Positions 39,164-49,722 of a stretch of 64,000 nt of DNA are shown here, one piece after another. Location of the stretch: positions 3,008,001 through 3,072,000 of the forward strand of contig CBDEFM010000002.1 of assembly GCA_965237415.1 (NCBI GenBank). The letters run 5' to 3'. A program made the translations under genes and the position numbers. Position 1 is the stretch's first letter. Every line of letters starts with the position of its first letter. The notes under the pieces were generated by a model. It saw only the letters and a list, made by a program, of their open reading frames with translations. It was not told the origin of the DNA and searched no databases. Source of the stretch: Alphaproteobacteria bacterium. GTDB lineage: Bacteria; Pseudomonadota; Alphaproteobacteria; UBA828.

Positions 39164-39573
39164 GGCCGAACGCGCGCTCGGCCGTGAAGTGCGTGTTCTG
39201 TGCTGTTACGAAGCGGGCTATGAGGGGTTCTGGCTGGCGCGCTGGCTGGACCGAACGATGTCTGTCGAGACGGTCGTGCTCGATCCTGCGAGCCTTTTGG
39301 TGAACCGAAAGGCGAAGCAGCGCAAGACGGATCGGATCGACGCCAGGAAGATGGTGCGCGCGCTGCTGGCGCACGACCGGGGCGACGCGGCGGTGCTCAG
39401 CCGGGTGCGGATACCGAGCGTTGAGGAGGAAGACCGCAAGCGATTGCTCCGGGAGCGCCGGCGCCTGGTGAAGGAGCGGACATCGCTGACCAACGCGGTC
39501 AAAGGGCTCCTGAAGCTGCACGGCATCTTCGACCTGCAGCCCCGCGCCAAGGGCTTCGAGGCCCGCTTCGCCG
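39164..39573 (+). pseudogene. IS110-family transposase internal fragment
   Basis: CYEAGYEGFWL...KTDRIDA; cut on both sides by IS256 ends. Confidence 0.85.
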
Positions 39574-40965
39574 GAGCTATGGCCGAGAGTGGGTGACGGG
39601 CTGAGAGAAGGAGGTAGCGTATCGTGGGGGGTGACGAAGCCTCCCGGTCTCCAAGCAAGGAGTGATACGCCATGACGGAAGATAGTGTTGTCGCGCTGCA
39701 CCATCCAGGTGTGACGGCCGATCCGCTGACCGAAGTACTCCGCGCCGGAGCTCGCGAGCTCCTGGCACAGGCCATTGAAGCGGAGGTTGCCGCCGTGCTG
39801 GCGGCGCATGAACATCTGAAGACCGAAGACGGCCGCCGGCGCCTGGTGCGTCATGGCCACGGGCCGGAACGGGCGATCCTGACTGGCATTGGTCCTGTGT
39901 CTGTGCGGCGCCCGAAGGTCCGGGACCGTGGCAGCGTCGGAGGAGAGCGCATCCGTTTCACGTCGGCCATTCTGCCCCGTTTCGCGCGGCGGACGCGGTC
40001 GCTGGATGCGGTTTTGCCGACGCTCTACCTTCGTGGCGTGTCCAGCGGGGACTTCCAGGAGGCGCTGGAGGCGTTGCTCGGCAAGGACGCCTCTGGCTTG
40101 TCGGCGCAGGTGATCGGCCGCCTGAAGGCGGAGTGGGAGGCCGAGCACGAGCGCTGGCGCCGGCGCGACCTGTCGGCCCGACGCTACGTCTACATGTGGG
40201 CCGATGGCATCCATCTCCAGGGTCGGCTGGAGGACGAGAAGCAATGCATTCTGGTCCTCATCGGCGCCACGCCGGAGGGACGCAAGGAACTCGTGGGCTT
40301 CCAGGCGGGGGTGCGCGAGAGCGCCCAGAGCTGGCGTGAGTTGCTGGCATGCCTGCGCGGGCGCGGGCTCACGATTGGTCCCGAGCTCGCCATCGGCGAT
40401 GGCGCTCTGGGCTTCTGGAAGGCGCTGGAGGAGATCTTTCCCGACACCCGCCGCCAGCGCTGCTGGGTCCACAAGACAGCCAATGTCTTGAACAAGCTGC
40501 CGAAGTCGCGACAAACGGCCGCCGAAGCTGCCCTGCATGATATCTGGATGGCGGATGGCCGCGCCGAGGCCGAGAGGGCGATGAATACTTTCGCCGCCAA
40601 GTACGACGCCACATACCCCCAAGCCGTCGCCTGCTTGACAAAGGACCGCGACGCCTTGCTGGCCTTCTACGACTTCCCGGCCGAGCACTGGCGGCATATC
40701 AGGACGACCAATCCAATCGAAAGCGTCTTCGCTACCGTCCGCCACCGCACCGTGCGCACCAAGGGCTGCTTGTCTCACGGGACAACTCTGGCCATGGTCT
40801 TCAAGCCGATCACCACCGCCAGCAAGACCTGGCGGCGGCTCATGGGAAACAATCAGTTGCCCAAGGTCATCGAAGGTGTGAGATTCAAAGACGGTATGCA
40901 GATCGACGAAACCAAAACTCGCGCCGCCGCCTGATCACGCCGTCACCCAAAATCGGGCATAACTC
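39574..40965 (+). mobile_element. IS256-family IS (transposase 39672-40934)
   Basis: YVYMWADGI, IGDGALGFW, QRCWVHK and RTTNPIES motifs; imperfect TIRs GAGCTATGGCCGAGAGTGGGTGACGG / GAGTTATGCCCGATTTTGGGTGACGG; no TSD. Confidence 0.93.
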
Positions 40966-42176
40966 GACCTTACCGCACGCAGCGGGTGCCGGTGGCGCAG
41001 GACCTGGAGTGGGAGCTTCTGCCGGTTCAGCACCCCGACTTCCTCGGCCTCGGCAAGGACCCTGTGTCGTTCCCCGAGATCGAGACCACCTATGGCTGGG
41101 AGTCCGCGCGCAAGGAGGCGGCACGGTGCTTCCGCTGCGATGCGGAGACCGGCTCCGCCGACTATGCAGTGGGGCACCGTGAGGACATCTTCGTGATGGC
41201 CCGCACCACGCCGGGCGATACGGCGGGGCAGAAGGCGATGCTGGAGAAGCGCATGGGCGAGCGGGACGACCCCTTCCCGGAAGAGCTCCCCGGCGTTCTG
41301 GACGATCTCGCCTTCCTGCCCGCGAACCTCTCGCGCCTTGTGATCGACCCCTACCGCGAGGCCTGCCGGATCGGCACCACGGTGGGCGGCACCGATCTGG
41401 TGCTGCCCTTTATGGTGACGGGCTTCGACGACGCGCCGGCGGAGGTGCGGGCTGCGGTCGGGCGCGGCATCGCGGAGGCGGATGCGAGCTATCTCGGGGT
41501 GCAGCCCGTGGGCGAAGGCGCGCGCTGGTTCCAGCTCGTGCTGCCGGGGCAGATCGCGCCGAGCGCGGACGCGGCGGGGCTGATCTACGCTCTCGGCCAC
41601 CGCTTCACGCCCGTCGACGCGACCGCCGCGGCCGAAGGCCAGGTGCTGGGGCTTTCGCTCTCCTCGCCAGAGGTTCTGGAAGAGGCGATCCCCTATACGC
41701 TCGATGCGGGCTTCGACATGCTGCTGCTGGACGGCAGCGCCGGGCTCGGCGCGCCCTGGGCGGAGCTCAGGGGTGCGCCCGATCTCACCATCCTGCGGGA
41801 TGCGGTGGCGATTCTGCGCCGGCTCAACCGCGAGGAGGAGATCGACCTCGTCTACTTCGGCGGCGTGCGCTCGGGCACCGATGCGGCCAAGGTGATCGCG
41901 CTCGGCGCGGTCGCCGTGGTGCTGGGTGTGGCCGTGGGGCTTGCCGCGGGCGGTGCGATCACCGGCGCCCACGAGCTCGCGTTCTCGGCGGACCGCAGCG
42001 ACGAGGAGCGCACGACGGGCACCGTCAACATCATCAAGGCAACCGCGTCAGAGGCGTCGATGATGGCGCGCTGCACCGGCAAGACAAACCTTCAGAACGT
42101 CGAGCCCGAAGACCTCCGCGCGCTGACTATTGCAACTGCGCACGCATCCGGCATCCCCCTTGACGCGACGCGGTAG
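40966..42176 (+). pseudogene. 3' part of a flavo-oxidoreductase with glutamate-synthase-type FMN barrel, 5'-truncated by IS256
   Basis: EAARCFRCD tail, then LDDLAFLPANLSRLVIDPYRE...GGVRSGTDAAKVIALGA...ARCTGKT...EPEDLRALT. Confidence 0.75.
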
Positions 42177-42188
42177 CGGAGACGTGAG

Positions 42189-42464
42189 CTAACGGCCGAC
42201 CAGATCGGCCGCGATGCGCCTCGCCCGGTCCGTGAACCCCGCGACGCTTTCGCCCTCGAAGCGCTGCCGGAAGCGCTCGGCGGCTTCGGCGATGTGGGCC
42301 TCGATCTTCTCCTGCGACGGCTTCCGCTTGGGCGGAACGAGTTCGCGGAGCACTGCCTCGGCGGCAAGCAGGCGGCAGGCCTGATCGACAACCAGCAATT
42401 CCAGGGCGAGGATGAGCTCGTCCCTCTTCTCGAACTCCTCCTGAATGTTCCGCGGGATCGTCAT
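42189..42464 (-). CDS. Hypothetical protein
   Basis: Plausible codon usage; ggggag RBS before MTIPRNIQEEF. Confidence 0.55.
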   Translation of the reverse strand: MTIPRNIQEEFEKRDELILALELLVVDQACRLLAAEAVLRELVPPKRKPSQEKIEAHIAEAAERFRQRFEGESVAGFTDRARRIAADLVGR

Positions 42465-42540
42465 CGTTTCACTCCCCTGACCGCGATCGGTATTCTGCGC
42501 CTGAGAGACGGCGATCTTACTCGAAAGCGAAGGAAACATC

Positions 42541-43026
42541 GTGGGGCGACGCGGCGCATCCGGGGAGCCATCGAAGCGGCGGTGGCTTCGCTACGGCATC
42601 ATCGTCGGGCTCCTTCTGCTGTTCGTGGTCGTCTACGAGACCGGACAGCAATTGCGCCGCGGCGGTGCGGGGACGGAGCAGCAGACGGCGGAGCCCGGCG
42701 CCGGAGAGGCCGTGGATCCCGCAGACACCGTGCGCCGGCTCAAGCGCTATTACCGCTCGCACGACCTGCCGGCCGGTTGGGAGGTCGGCGACACCGAGCG
42801 GGGCGGTTCGGGCGCGGTCGAGGTGATGCTCCACTTCTCCCCCAGCATCCGCTCGAGCCGCTACGGCGAGGCGGCCCGGCCCGGCGAGGTCGGTCCGCAC
42901 AATGGCTGCCCGACCGAGGCATCGAACCTCTGGAGCGAGCTCACTGAGGCAGCCTTCGAAATCGTGGTGAACGACAAGACTGGGGTGATCGACCGGTTCG
43001 CCTGCACCGAACTGCCGCCTGATTGA
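42541..43026 (+). CDS. Hypothetical membrane-anchored protein
   Basis: N-terminal TM (YGIIVGLLLLFVVVY), soluble C-terminus with two Cys. Confidence 0.6.
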   Translation: MGRRGASGEPSKRRWLRYGIIVGLLLLFVVVYETGQQLRRGGAGTEQQTAEPGAGEAVDPADTVRRLKRYYRSHDLPAGWEVGDTERGGSGAVEVMLHFSPSIRSSRYGEAARPGEVGPHNGCPTEASNLWSELTEAAFEIVVNDKTGVIDRFACTELPPD

Positions 43027-43056
43027 GCGCGCGGCCGCGACGGGCGTAAAGGATCG

Positions 43057-43740
43057 CTATACGGGCACCGGATCGATGATCACGTCGGCGCCGCTCTCGG
43101 TCTTGCCGCGCCATTGGGCGACCAGACGCATGCCCTCGGCCTTCTCGTCCGACGACATCTCCTTGACCACCGCTTCGAGGGCGGTGAGCGCGGTGCCAAT
43201 GCCGTGCCGGGCAGCGAGCGACAGCCACAGGAAGGCTTGAACGCGGTCCCTCTTCACGCCCTCGCCCGCCACGTACATGTGACCGAGGCGGGCCTGGGAG
43301 GGGTAGTGCCCCGTTTCCGCCGCCTTGCGATACCACTCGGCGGCGCGGGCGTGGTTCTGCGGCACGCCATTGCCCTGGCTGTAGAGCACGGCGAGGTTGA
43401 AGCGGGCATTGGCATCGCCGCCGCGCGCCGCGCGGCGCAGCCAGCGCACCGCCTCCGCCATGTCCTTGGCGACGCCATTGCCCATGGCGTACATCGCGCC
43501 GACATTGCTCTGGGCCAGCGCGTTCCTGCCCTCGGCCGACTTGAGGTACCAGGCGAACGCTGCCGCCGCATCGGCCTGAACGCCGTCGCCATTGGCGTAG
43601 AGCGAGCCGACCCAAGCCTGAGCCTCGGCATTGCCTGCGTCGGCCAGCGGCATCCATAACGCCCGCGCCCGGTCGAAGTCACGGGCCATGTAGGCGCGCC
43701 GCCCCTCCTCGATGGCGTCGTTCTCACGTCGCGCGCGCAC
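43057..43740 (-). CDS. Sel1-repeat protein
   Basis: Repeated AQ..VG..Y.NG.GV..D...A..WY.KAA motifs; start uncertain. Confidence 0.88.
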   Translation of the reverse strand: MRARRENDAIEEGRRAYMARDFDRARALWMPLADAGNAEAQAWVGSLYANGDGVQADAAAAFAWYLKSAEGRNALAQSNVGAMYAMGNGVAKDMAEAVRWLRRAARGGDANARFNLAVLYSQGNGVPQNHARAAEWYRKAAETGHYPSQARLGHMYVAGEGVKRDRVQAFLWLSLAARHGIGTALTALEAVVKEMSSDEKAEGMRLVAQWRGKTESGADVIIDPVPV

Positions 43741-43783
43741 CGCCCGCGGACCGGCGGCACGGGGCGTCGCCCGGCGCCGTCCG

Positions 43784-44089
43784 CTACGGGACGGTCCGCT
43801 CGCTCTTCTTGTAGACATAGACGCAGTCCATATCTTCGTCGCCGTCGAGCACCGGCTCGCCGTCGGCCTTGAGCCGGCGCAGGAAGTAGTCCTGGACCGT
43901 TTGCGCGGCGTAGAAGGTGAGCGCCTGCTTGTAGAGCCAGGGATCGGCGGCCTCGTCCACCTTGTGAACGTCGAGAAGCGTCTTCTTAGGATCCGCCGCG
44001 ATCCCGACATAGTAGTCGCCGAACTCCCCGCCGAACTCCTTCATGTAGGCGAGGATCTCGTACTTGATCTGCTGGACGCTGAAGACCAT
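43784..44089 (-). CDS. Small hypothetical protein, translationally coupled to the Rieske-like gene
   Basis: Start overlaps the upstream stop at 44089; globular composition. Confidence 0.7.
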   Translation of the reverse strand: MVFSVQQIKYEILAYMKEFGGEFGDYYVGIAADPKKTLLDVHKVDEAADPWLYKQALTFYAAQTVQDYFLRRLKADGEPVLDGDEDMDCVYVYKKSERTVP

Positions 44090-45210
44090 CAGCGCGCGGC
44101 GGCGGCGTAGAGCGGGCCCGCCCAGTGGACCTCGTGGCGCTGCAGCACCCGCCCGATCACGTAGGTTTGGAGCAGATGGGCGGCGCGGTCCTCTTCGAGC
44201 GGGAGAGAATCGAGGCTCGTCTCCGGCCTGGACGGGGTTCCGAACCGCGCGAACTCGTCCTGGTGGGCCGCCGCCACACTGCCGGCCTCGTCCAACGCGG
44301 CACGCAACGCCTTGACGTGTGCGGACTCGATCGGCGGCGCGGCGCTGATTCTGACCCGGGCAAGAGTCTCCTCGAGAGCGGTGGGCTGCAGCACGATGCT
44401 CAAAATGTAGTCTTCCCCGCGTAACAGGATCAGGTTGGGCAAGAGCCAGAATACGGTCGCGGGTGCACCGGAAAAATCGGAGGCTGTGGTGAGCACGATT
44501 GCGTCGGTGCCCCTCTTCTTCGCGGGCTTGGCCTCAGGCGCAAGACGGCGAACGAGCGCGCGGCCGAGGAGCTTCCAGTTGCCCTCGTACTCCACCCGGA
44601 AACTCTTAGCGTCGTCCCACACCGCGGTCTCGTCGAGGGCGAGAGCCTCGGCGGCGCCATCGAGCCGGTCGCCGAGCGATTCGGCCTCGGGATCGAGATT
44701 GACGAAGAGGAACGGCCCCTGGCTCTCCACCTTCACCGGCAGCATGCGCTCGGGCCGGAAGCCGAGATACTGGCGCATGGTCGGCGTGTTGTCGCCAAGC
44801 TCGTCGGCGGCGATCGCCCCGCGATCGCGGCTATAACCGCAGGAGGTGAACGAGCACTTGGTCTTGGAGCCGGTCTGACATTGCGCCGGCACGAAGCGGC
44901 AGCCGCCGTGCTGCGCGAGATTGTAGCGCCCGATCAGCCCCTCTTCGTCGCGCTGCACGTGAACGCCGTGGTTGCCGACGGTATAGGGCAGAAGGTCGCC
45001 GACATTGGGAATTTCCAGATGGGAGCCGGTGCAAATCCAGCTCCGGGTCCAGATCTTCTCGTCCTCCAGGTCGGCGAAGACCTTCGAACGGTAGGCAATG
45101 GGCGTGAGGATGCGAGCCTTGCCGAAGCGCCCACGCGAGGGCTTGTAGAGGGCGGGACTCTGGAGATCGACGCCCTCATCCACATAGTCGAGATCGGGCC
45201 GCATCGTCAT
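44089..45210 (-). CDS. Ring-hydroxylating oxygenase alpha-like protein with non-canonical Rieske motif
   Basis: AY.S.VF...E.EKIW.RSW...EIPNVGD, FLFVNLDPEA and NWK motifs; ligand region reads NLAQHGGC...CSFTSCGY. Confidence 0.75.
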   Translation of the reverse strand: MTMRPDLDYVDEGVDLQSPALYKPSRGRFGKARILTPIAYRSKVFADLEDEKIWTRSWICTGSHLEIPNVGDLLPYTVGNHGVHVQRDEEGLIGRYNLAQHGGCRFVPAQCQTGSKTKCSFTSCGYSRDRGAIAADELGDNTPTMRQYLGFRPERMLPVKVESQGPFLFVNLDPEAESLGDRLDGAAEALALDETAVWDDAKSFRVEYEGNWKLLGRALVRRLAPEAKPAKKRGTDAIVLTTASDFSGAPATVFWLLPNLILLRGEDYILSIVLQPTALEETLARVRISAAPPIESAHVKALRAALDEAGSVAAAHQDEFARFGTPSRPETSLDSLPLEEDRAAHLLQTYVIGRVLQRHEVHWAGPLYAAAAR

Positions 45211-45282
45211 CGGGCTACGCCCTCGGCCGCGCCGGAATGGGGCGGGTGCTTCACCCGCCCCGTCCGTGCCTGCGGCGAACCG

Positions 45283-47688
45283 CTACTTCCGCTTCTTGTT
45301 GAGCGGCGGATCGTAATCGGCGCGGCCACGGTGCTGGATGGCTCTGCGCGGCGGCGGCGGCAGCGGCCCGTCCTGCGAGAAGCGGTCGAGCACGTTCTTC
45401 ACCAGCCGCGAGATGTTGTTCTTCTCGGGATCGCCGTTGTTCCACGGCAGCGATCCGCAGAAGGCGATCGAGCTAAAGGCGAAGCATGCACCGCCGTTGG
45501 GCGTCTCGTGATAGGCGATGTCCGAGCGCACGCGCGGGTGCTGGGTGCCGTCGAGGCCCTGCTGGTTGAAGCCGAAGTCCTCCATCACCAGCAGGTAACC
45601 CTCGGTGTGGCGTCCCGCCGAGGTCGCGGTGATCAGCGTGTGCGGGGGCGAGCCCAACAAGGTGTCGACGATGTCGAGCTCGGTGCCGGCCGCGCCGCCG
45701 CCGACCAGTCCGAAGTTGCCGATCTTCTCGTCGTAGCCGATGCCCTCGAAGGCCCACGAGACGCGCGGATCGTTACTCTCGGGCGTGCGCGAGTAGTAGC
45801 TGGAGATGTCGAAGCCTTCGGACGACATGCCGGTGCCGGCGACCGAATGCAGGTAGCGCCCGCGATAGCGCCACATGCCGCCGAGCTCGCCGGTCGACTG
45901 GTGATAGTACTCGCCGGGGTCGGCGCGCCAGGTCCTGATGCCGGATTCGCAGCGGCGCATCTCGGTGATGATGCCGCGGCCGAGATGGTCGTAGGCCGGA
46001 TGGTAGGAATGGATCCAGTAGAAGCCGTCCGCACCCATGTACATGAAGCGGCCGCCGCGCTGGGTGTAGTCGTGGATCGCGTCGAGCTGCGGCCCGGAAT
46101 TGTGTTCCGGATGGGAGCCCGTGATCACGACGTTGTAGTTCTCGAGCCGCGCGAGGCCGTCGTAGTTCACGTCCTCGTCGGTGATGACGTCGTACATGTA
46201 GCCCAGCTGGTTGAGCCAGTAGATCAGGTGCAGATCGGCCGGATACTGCCACGGCGCCTGCATCAGGAAGTGGTCGTATTGCGGCCGGATGCTGAGAATC
46301 GGCCGCAGCCGCGACGAGAGGCAGAGGCCGCTTCCGTCCGTATGGGTGTCGTAGATCGAGCCGCCGTACTCGCGGTGTTCGGCCAGGAACATGTTCTGGT
46401 GCTGCATGATCGGCACGCGGTAGACCAGCAGTTCCGCCCCGCCGGCGTTGTTGGCGAGATGCTCGTTGGCGTAGGCCATGTAGCTGATCGTCGGCATCAT
46501 CACCGCGATCTTGGCCTGCTCCTCGCCCGGGCGGGGTACGACGAAGAAGGGGATGTAGTCCTCGTCGCCTTCGTCCGTGGTGAGCTTCACGCAGTAAGAG
46601 TCGCTTTCGTAGTTCGCCGGGACGGTCCATTCGAAGTCGACCTCCCAGCGCGCATCGTCCACATCGTCGTCGTGGAAGTGGATCGCGCCATACTCCTGGG
46701 GCGCATGCTTCCAATCGAAGTTGTTCCCCGAGAAGTTGTGGCCGGTCATGGCCCGGGTCGGGCAGTTGACGATCTGCGCATCGAGCAGGTACGGCCCGTG
46801 GTCCTTGCCGACGATGGTGTTGATGCCGTCGGAGAAGTCCCAGGCGGCGACGATCGTCTCCGAAAGCGCTCCGGTGGGGCCGGAGTTGCGCCGCTCGGTC
46901 ATCCCGCGCTGGGCGCCGAGCTTCATGGTCTCGATCTCTTCGCGGCTTAGCGCGCGATTGCAGATCCGGGGGCTGTCGATCTTCCCGTTGTAGTGGCCGC
47001 TGATGACGATGCCCACAGGGACGGAAGACTGCGCCGTTGGATCGTCGCTGTGCGCGCCGGTATAGCCGGCGATGACTGCGGGGCTCCCGTCATGCCTGAC
47101 CGGCCCTGCGATCTTCTCCTTCGCGGGCCTGATCACGGGGTCGAGGGCGTAGACCACCTGCGGCTCGTGATAGAGGATCGCCTGACCCGAGTCGGCGTCG
47201 TAGCTCGCGGCGAGGAAGTGCCAGGCATGGTCGCGGAGCGGCGCACCGGTCGTGACCTTCTTGCCATTAATGCGAAGCTCGGCGCAGCCGTCCTCGTTGA
47301 TGAAGAGGCCGTAGCCCCTGTTCTTGTGCCACTTCGTGACGAGGCCCTGGGCGCCGTGCTTCCAGTATTTCGGATGGGTCTTCGGCGTCGTCGGCCAGAC
47401 CCAGCACTGCAGCGTGAAGCTCTGGACTCGAAGCTGTGAATTGTCCTCCACACAGCCGTAGGAGCCGCTGTGGATGACCTGACGGCGCCCCTTGTAGGTG
47501 CCGTTGAGCGCTGCCCGCCTCTTGCGCTCGATCAGGCCCGGCCCGCGCGGGTTGGTGTCGCCGTTGATCATCTTCACGAGCTGAGCGTCGTAGGACTTCG
47601 GCCCGTCGCAATTCACATGGAAGCGGATCGCATCGCCGGGATGGACGCCGAACTTGTCCGCATATCCCGTCAGTCTCATCCAAGCCAT
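45283..47688 (-). CDS. N,N-dimethylformamidase large-subunit family amidase
   Basis: GY.D...V.PG..IRF.V, INGDTNPRGPG, IHFHDDDVDDARW, PTISYMAYANEH, SIYDTH.DGSG...SSRLRP, TGSHPEH and GTELD motifs. Confidence 0.92.
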   Translation of the reverse strand: MAWMRLTGYADKFGVHPGDAIRFHVNCDGPKSYDAQLVKMINGDTNPRGPGLIERKRRAALNGTYKGRRQVIHSGSYGCVEDNSQLRVQSFTLQCWVWPTTPKTHPKYWKHGAQGLVTKWHKNRGYGLFINEDGCAELRINGKKVTTGAPLRDHAWHFLAASYDADSGQAILYHEPQVVYALDPVIRPAKEKIAGPVRHDGSPAVIAGYTGAHSDDPTAQSSVPVGIVISGHYNGKIDSPRICNRALSREEIETMKLGAQRGMTERRNSGPTGALSETIVAAWDFSDGINTIVGKDHGPYLLDAQIVNCPTRAMTGHNFSGNNFDWKHAPQEYGAIHFHDDDVDDARWEVDFEWTVPANYESDSYCVKLTTDEGDEDYIPFFVVPRPGEEQAKIAVMMPTISYMAYANEHLANNAGGAELLVYRVPIMQHQNMFLAEHREYGGSIYDTHTDGSGLCLSSRLRPILSIRPQYDHFLMQAPWQYPADLHLIYWLNQLGYMYDVITDEDVNYDGLARLENYNVVITGSHPEHNSGPQLDAIHDYTQRGGRFMYMGADGFYWIHSYHPAYDHLGRGIITEMRRCESGIRTWRADPGEYYHQSTGELGGMWRYRGRYLHSVAGTGMSSEGFDISSYYSRTPESNDPRVSWAFEGIGYDEKIGNFGLVGGGAAGTELDIVDTLLGSPPHTLITATSAGRHTEGYLLVMEDFGFNQQGLDGTQHPRVRSDIAYHETPNGGACFAFSSIAFCGSLPWNNGDPEKNNISRLVKNVLDRFSQDGPLPPPPRRAIQHRGRADYDPPLNKKRK

Positions 47689-47785
47689 CGGGTGTTTCTC
47701 CTTAATCGCGCGGGCCTACGCAGCCGCTCGTGCGCCCTGATCGGTTACCGCGTGGAATCCCGGAATAGTCGCTCGGAACCGCGCC

Positions 47786-48226
47786 CTAGGACGCGGCCCA
47801 GTTGTCGTCCCGGCGCTTCCAGCCCTGATGGAAGTGCTCGGGGAAACCGTCGGTCTCCGAGAATTCGTCGAGCCGCATCAGGAAGATGTCGTGCTGGGGG
47901 TCTTGCTCGTTGTCGTACACCTGGCCGGAGACGAACTCCGGCGGCACGCCGCGGATGCCGGAGCAGCGGGCGATGCGCCACTCCTTCTCCACCTTGGTGC
48001 AGACCACCACGAGCTTGCCCTTCGCCGGCTGAGCCCGCATCCGCAGCAACACGCGGTTGAGCTCGAAGTCCTCGTGAATACCGCCGCTGACCTCGGTGGT
48101 GTCGCCCTGCGTCGCGCAACGCAGTATCGAGCAACCTGCGACGCCCTTCATGGACTCGATGCACGCCTTGTGCTCATCGATGAGACGATCCCGTTCGGGA
48201 CTGCCTTTCGGCGGAATACGGATCAT
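47786..48226 (-). CDS. N,N-dimethylformamidase small-subunit-like protein
   Basis: LIDEH...L.RVL..MR.QP..GK...WRIA...RG.PP...QHDIFLMR; immediately upstream of the large subunit. Confidence 0.75.
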   Translation of the reverse strand: MIRIPPKGSPERDRLIDEHKACIESMKGVAGCSILRCATQGDTTEVSGGIHEDFELNRVLLRMRAQPAKGKLVVVCTKVEKEWRIARCSGIRGVPPEFVSGQVYDNEQDPQHDIFLMRLDEFSETDGFPEHFHQGWKRRDDNWAAS

Positions 48227-48267
48227 TCTGGGTCCCCCTCGCGTCTACTGCCTCGGCCCTCGTATGC

Positions 48268-48966
48268 CTAGATCGTCAGATGCTTGTCGACGACCTCGTC
48301 GGTCAATCCGTCGATGGGGCCGCCCTCGACGATCAGACCATTGTCCATGATGACGAATTCGTGCGCGAGCGCGCGCGCCACCCTGATGTGCTGCTCCGTC
48401 AGCACGAGCGTGAGCCCGACCTCGGTGTTGAGCCGCATGATCGTAGCCTCGATCTCCCGCACGATGTTGGGCTGGATGCCCTCAGTCGGCTCGTCCAGCA
48501 GCAGGATCTTCGGGTCGGTTGCGAGCGCGCGCGAGATCGCGAGCTGCTGCTGCTGGCCGCCCGACAACTGCCCCGCCCGCTTGTCCAGGTTCTCGGCGAG
48601 ATAGGGGAAGAGATCGAGGCACATGTCGGGAATCTTGCGGCGCTTGTCGTTGCGGGCGAAGGTGCCCAGCAGGATGTTCTCCCGCACCGAGAACTTGGGC
48701 AGGATGCCGCGCCCCTGCGGGATGTAGCCGACGCCGATCTCGGAGCGCCGGTAAGTCGGCATGTCGCTCGCGTCCTCGCCGGCGATTCGCAGCCCGCCGG
48801 TCATGCGCGTGGTCAGCCCCATGATGGTCCGCACCAGCGTCGTCTTGCCGACGCCGTTCCGCCCCAGCACGGCCATGCAATGGCCCTCGGCGACGCCGAG
48901 GCTCACGTTCTGCAGGATCGGCGTCTTGCCGTAGAAGGAGGTGACGCCTTCCAGCTCAAGCAGCAT
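48268..48966 (-). CDS. urtE: Urea/amide ABC transporter ATPase (UrtE-like)
   Basis: GRNGVGKTT, LSGGQQQQLAI and LLLDEPTEGIQPNI motifs. Confidence 0.85.
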   Translation of the reverse strand: MLLELEGVTSFYGKTPILQNVSLGVAEGHCMAVLGRNGVGKTTLVRTIMGLTTRMTGGLRIAGEDASDMPTYRRSEIGVGYIPQGRGILPKFSVRENILLGTFARNDKRRKIPDMCLDLFPYLAENLDKRAGQLSGGQQQQLAISRALATDPKILLLDEPTEGIQPNIVREIEATIMRLNTEVGLTLVLTEQHIRVARALAHEFVIMDNGLIVEGGPIDGLTDEVVDKHLTI

Positions 48967-49711
48967 CGCTGATGCCCTCGGCGCCGAGATAGACTTCGCG
49001 CACGCTCGGATCGTGCTCCACCTCGTGCATGGGGCCCTCGGCGAGGGTCTTGCCCAGATGCATCAGGGTGATGATGTCGGCGATCTCGCGCACGAAGGCC
49101 ATGTCGTGCTCGACCACGACCAGCGTGTGCTCGCCCTTCAGCCGGTTGAAGATTTCCGAGGTCTTGCGGGTTTCCTGCTCGGTCATGCCGGCGGTGGGCT
49201 CGTCCATGAGCAGGAGCTTGGGGTCCTGGGTGAGCACCATGCCGATCTCGAGCCACTGGGTCTCGCCGTGGCTCAGATTGCCGCCGAGCTCGTCCAGCCG
49301 TTCCTCCAGCCCGACAAGCTCGACGATCTCGTTCAGGCGTTCGCGGCCCGCTCGCTGGCGGAAGGACAGCATGTTGACGAAGGGATTGGTGTTGCGGCTG
49401 TTGGCGACCTGCAGGTTCTCGCGCACGGTGAGGTCCCTGAACACCGCCGGCACCTGGAACTTGCGGCCGATGCCGTGCTTGGCGATGCGGTGCTCGGGCA
49501 GCCCGGTGATGTCGCGGCCGCGGAACACAACCTTGCCCGACGTGAGCTTCTGGCGCCCCGTGATCAAGTCCATCGTGGTCGTCTTGCCGGCGCCGTTGGG
49601 CCCGAGCAGGCAGCGTAACTCGCCCTCCTCCACCTGGAAGCTGAAGTCGTCGACGACCTTGTACTCGTCGTAGGCCTTGGTCACCCCCGTGACCTCGAGA
49701 ATCGTGCTCAC
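48956..49711 (-). CDS. urtD: Urea/amide ABC transporter ATPase (UrtD-like)
   Basis: GPNGAGKTT, GIGRKFQ.P, LSHGETQWLEIGM and VVEHDM motifs. Confidence 0.85.
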   Translation of the reverse strand: MSTILEVTGVTKAYDEYKVVDDFSFQVEEGELRCLLGPNGAGKTTTMDLITGRQKLTSGKVVFRGRDITGLPEHRIAKHGIGRKFQVPAVFRDLTVRENLQVANSRNTNPFVNMLSFRQRAGRERLNEIVELVGLEERLDELGGNLSHGETQWLEIGMVLTQDPKLLLMDEPTAGMTEQETRKTSEIFNRLKGEHTLVVVEHDMAFVREIADIITLMHLGKTLAEGPMHEVEHDPSVREVYLGAEGISDAA

Positions 49712-49722
49712 GCCCCGGCCCC

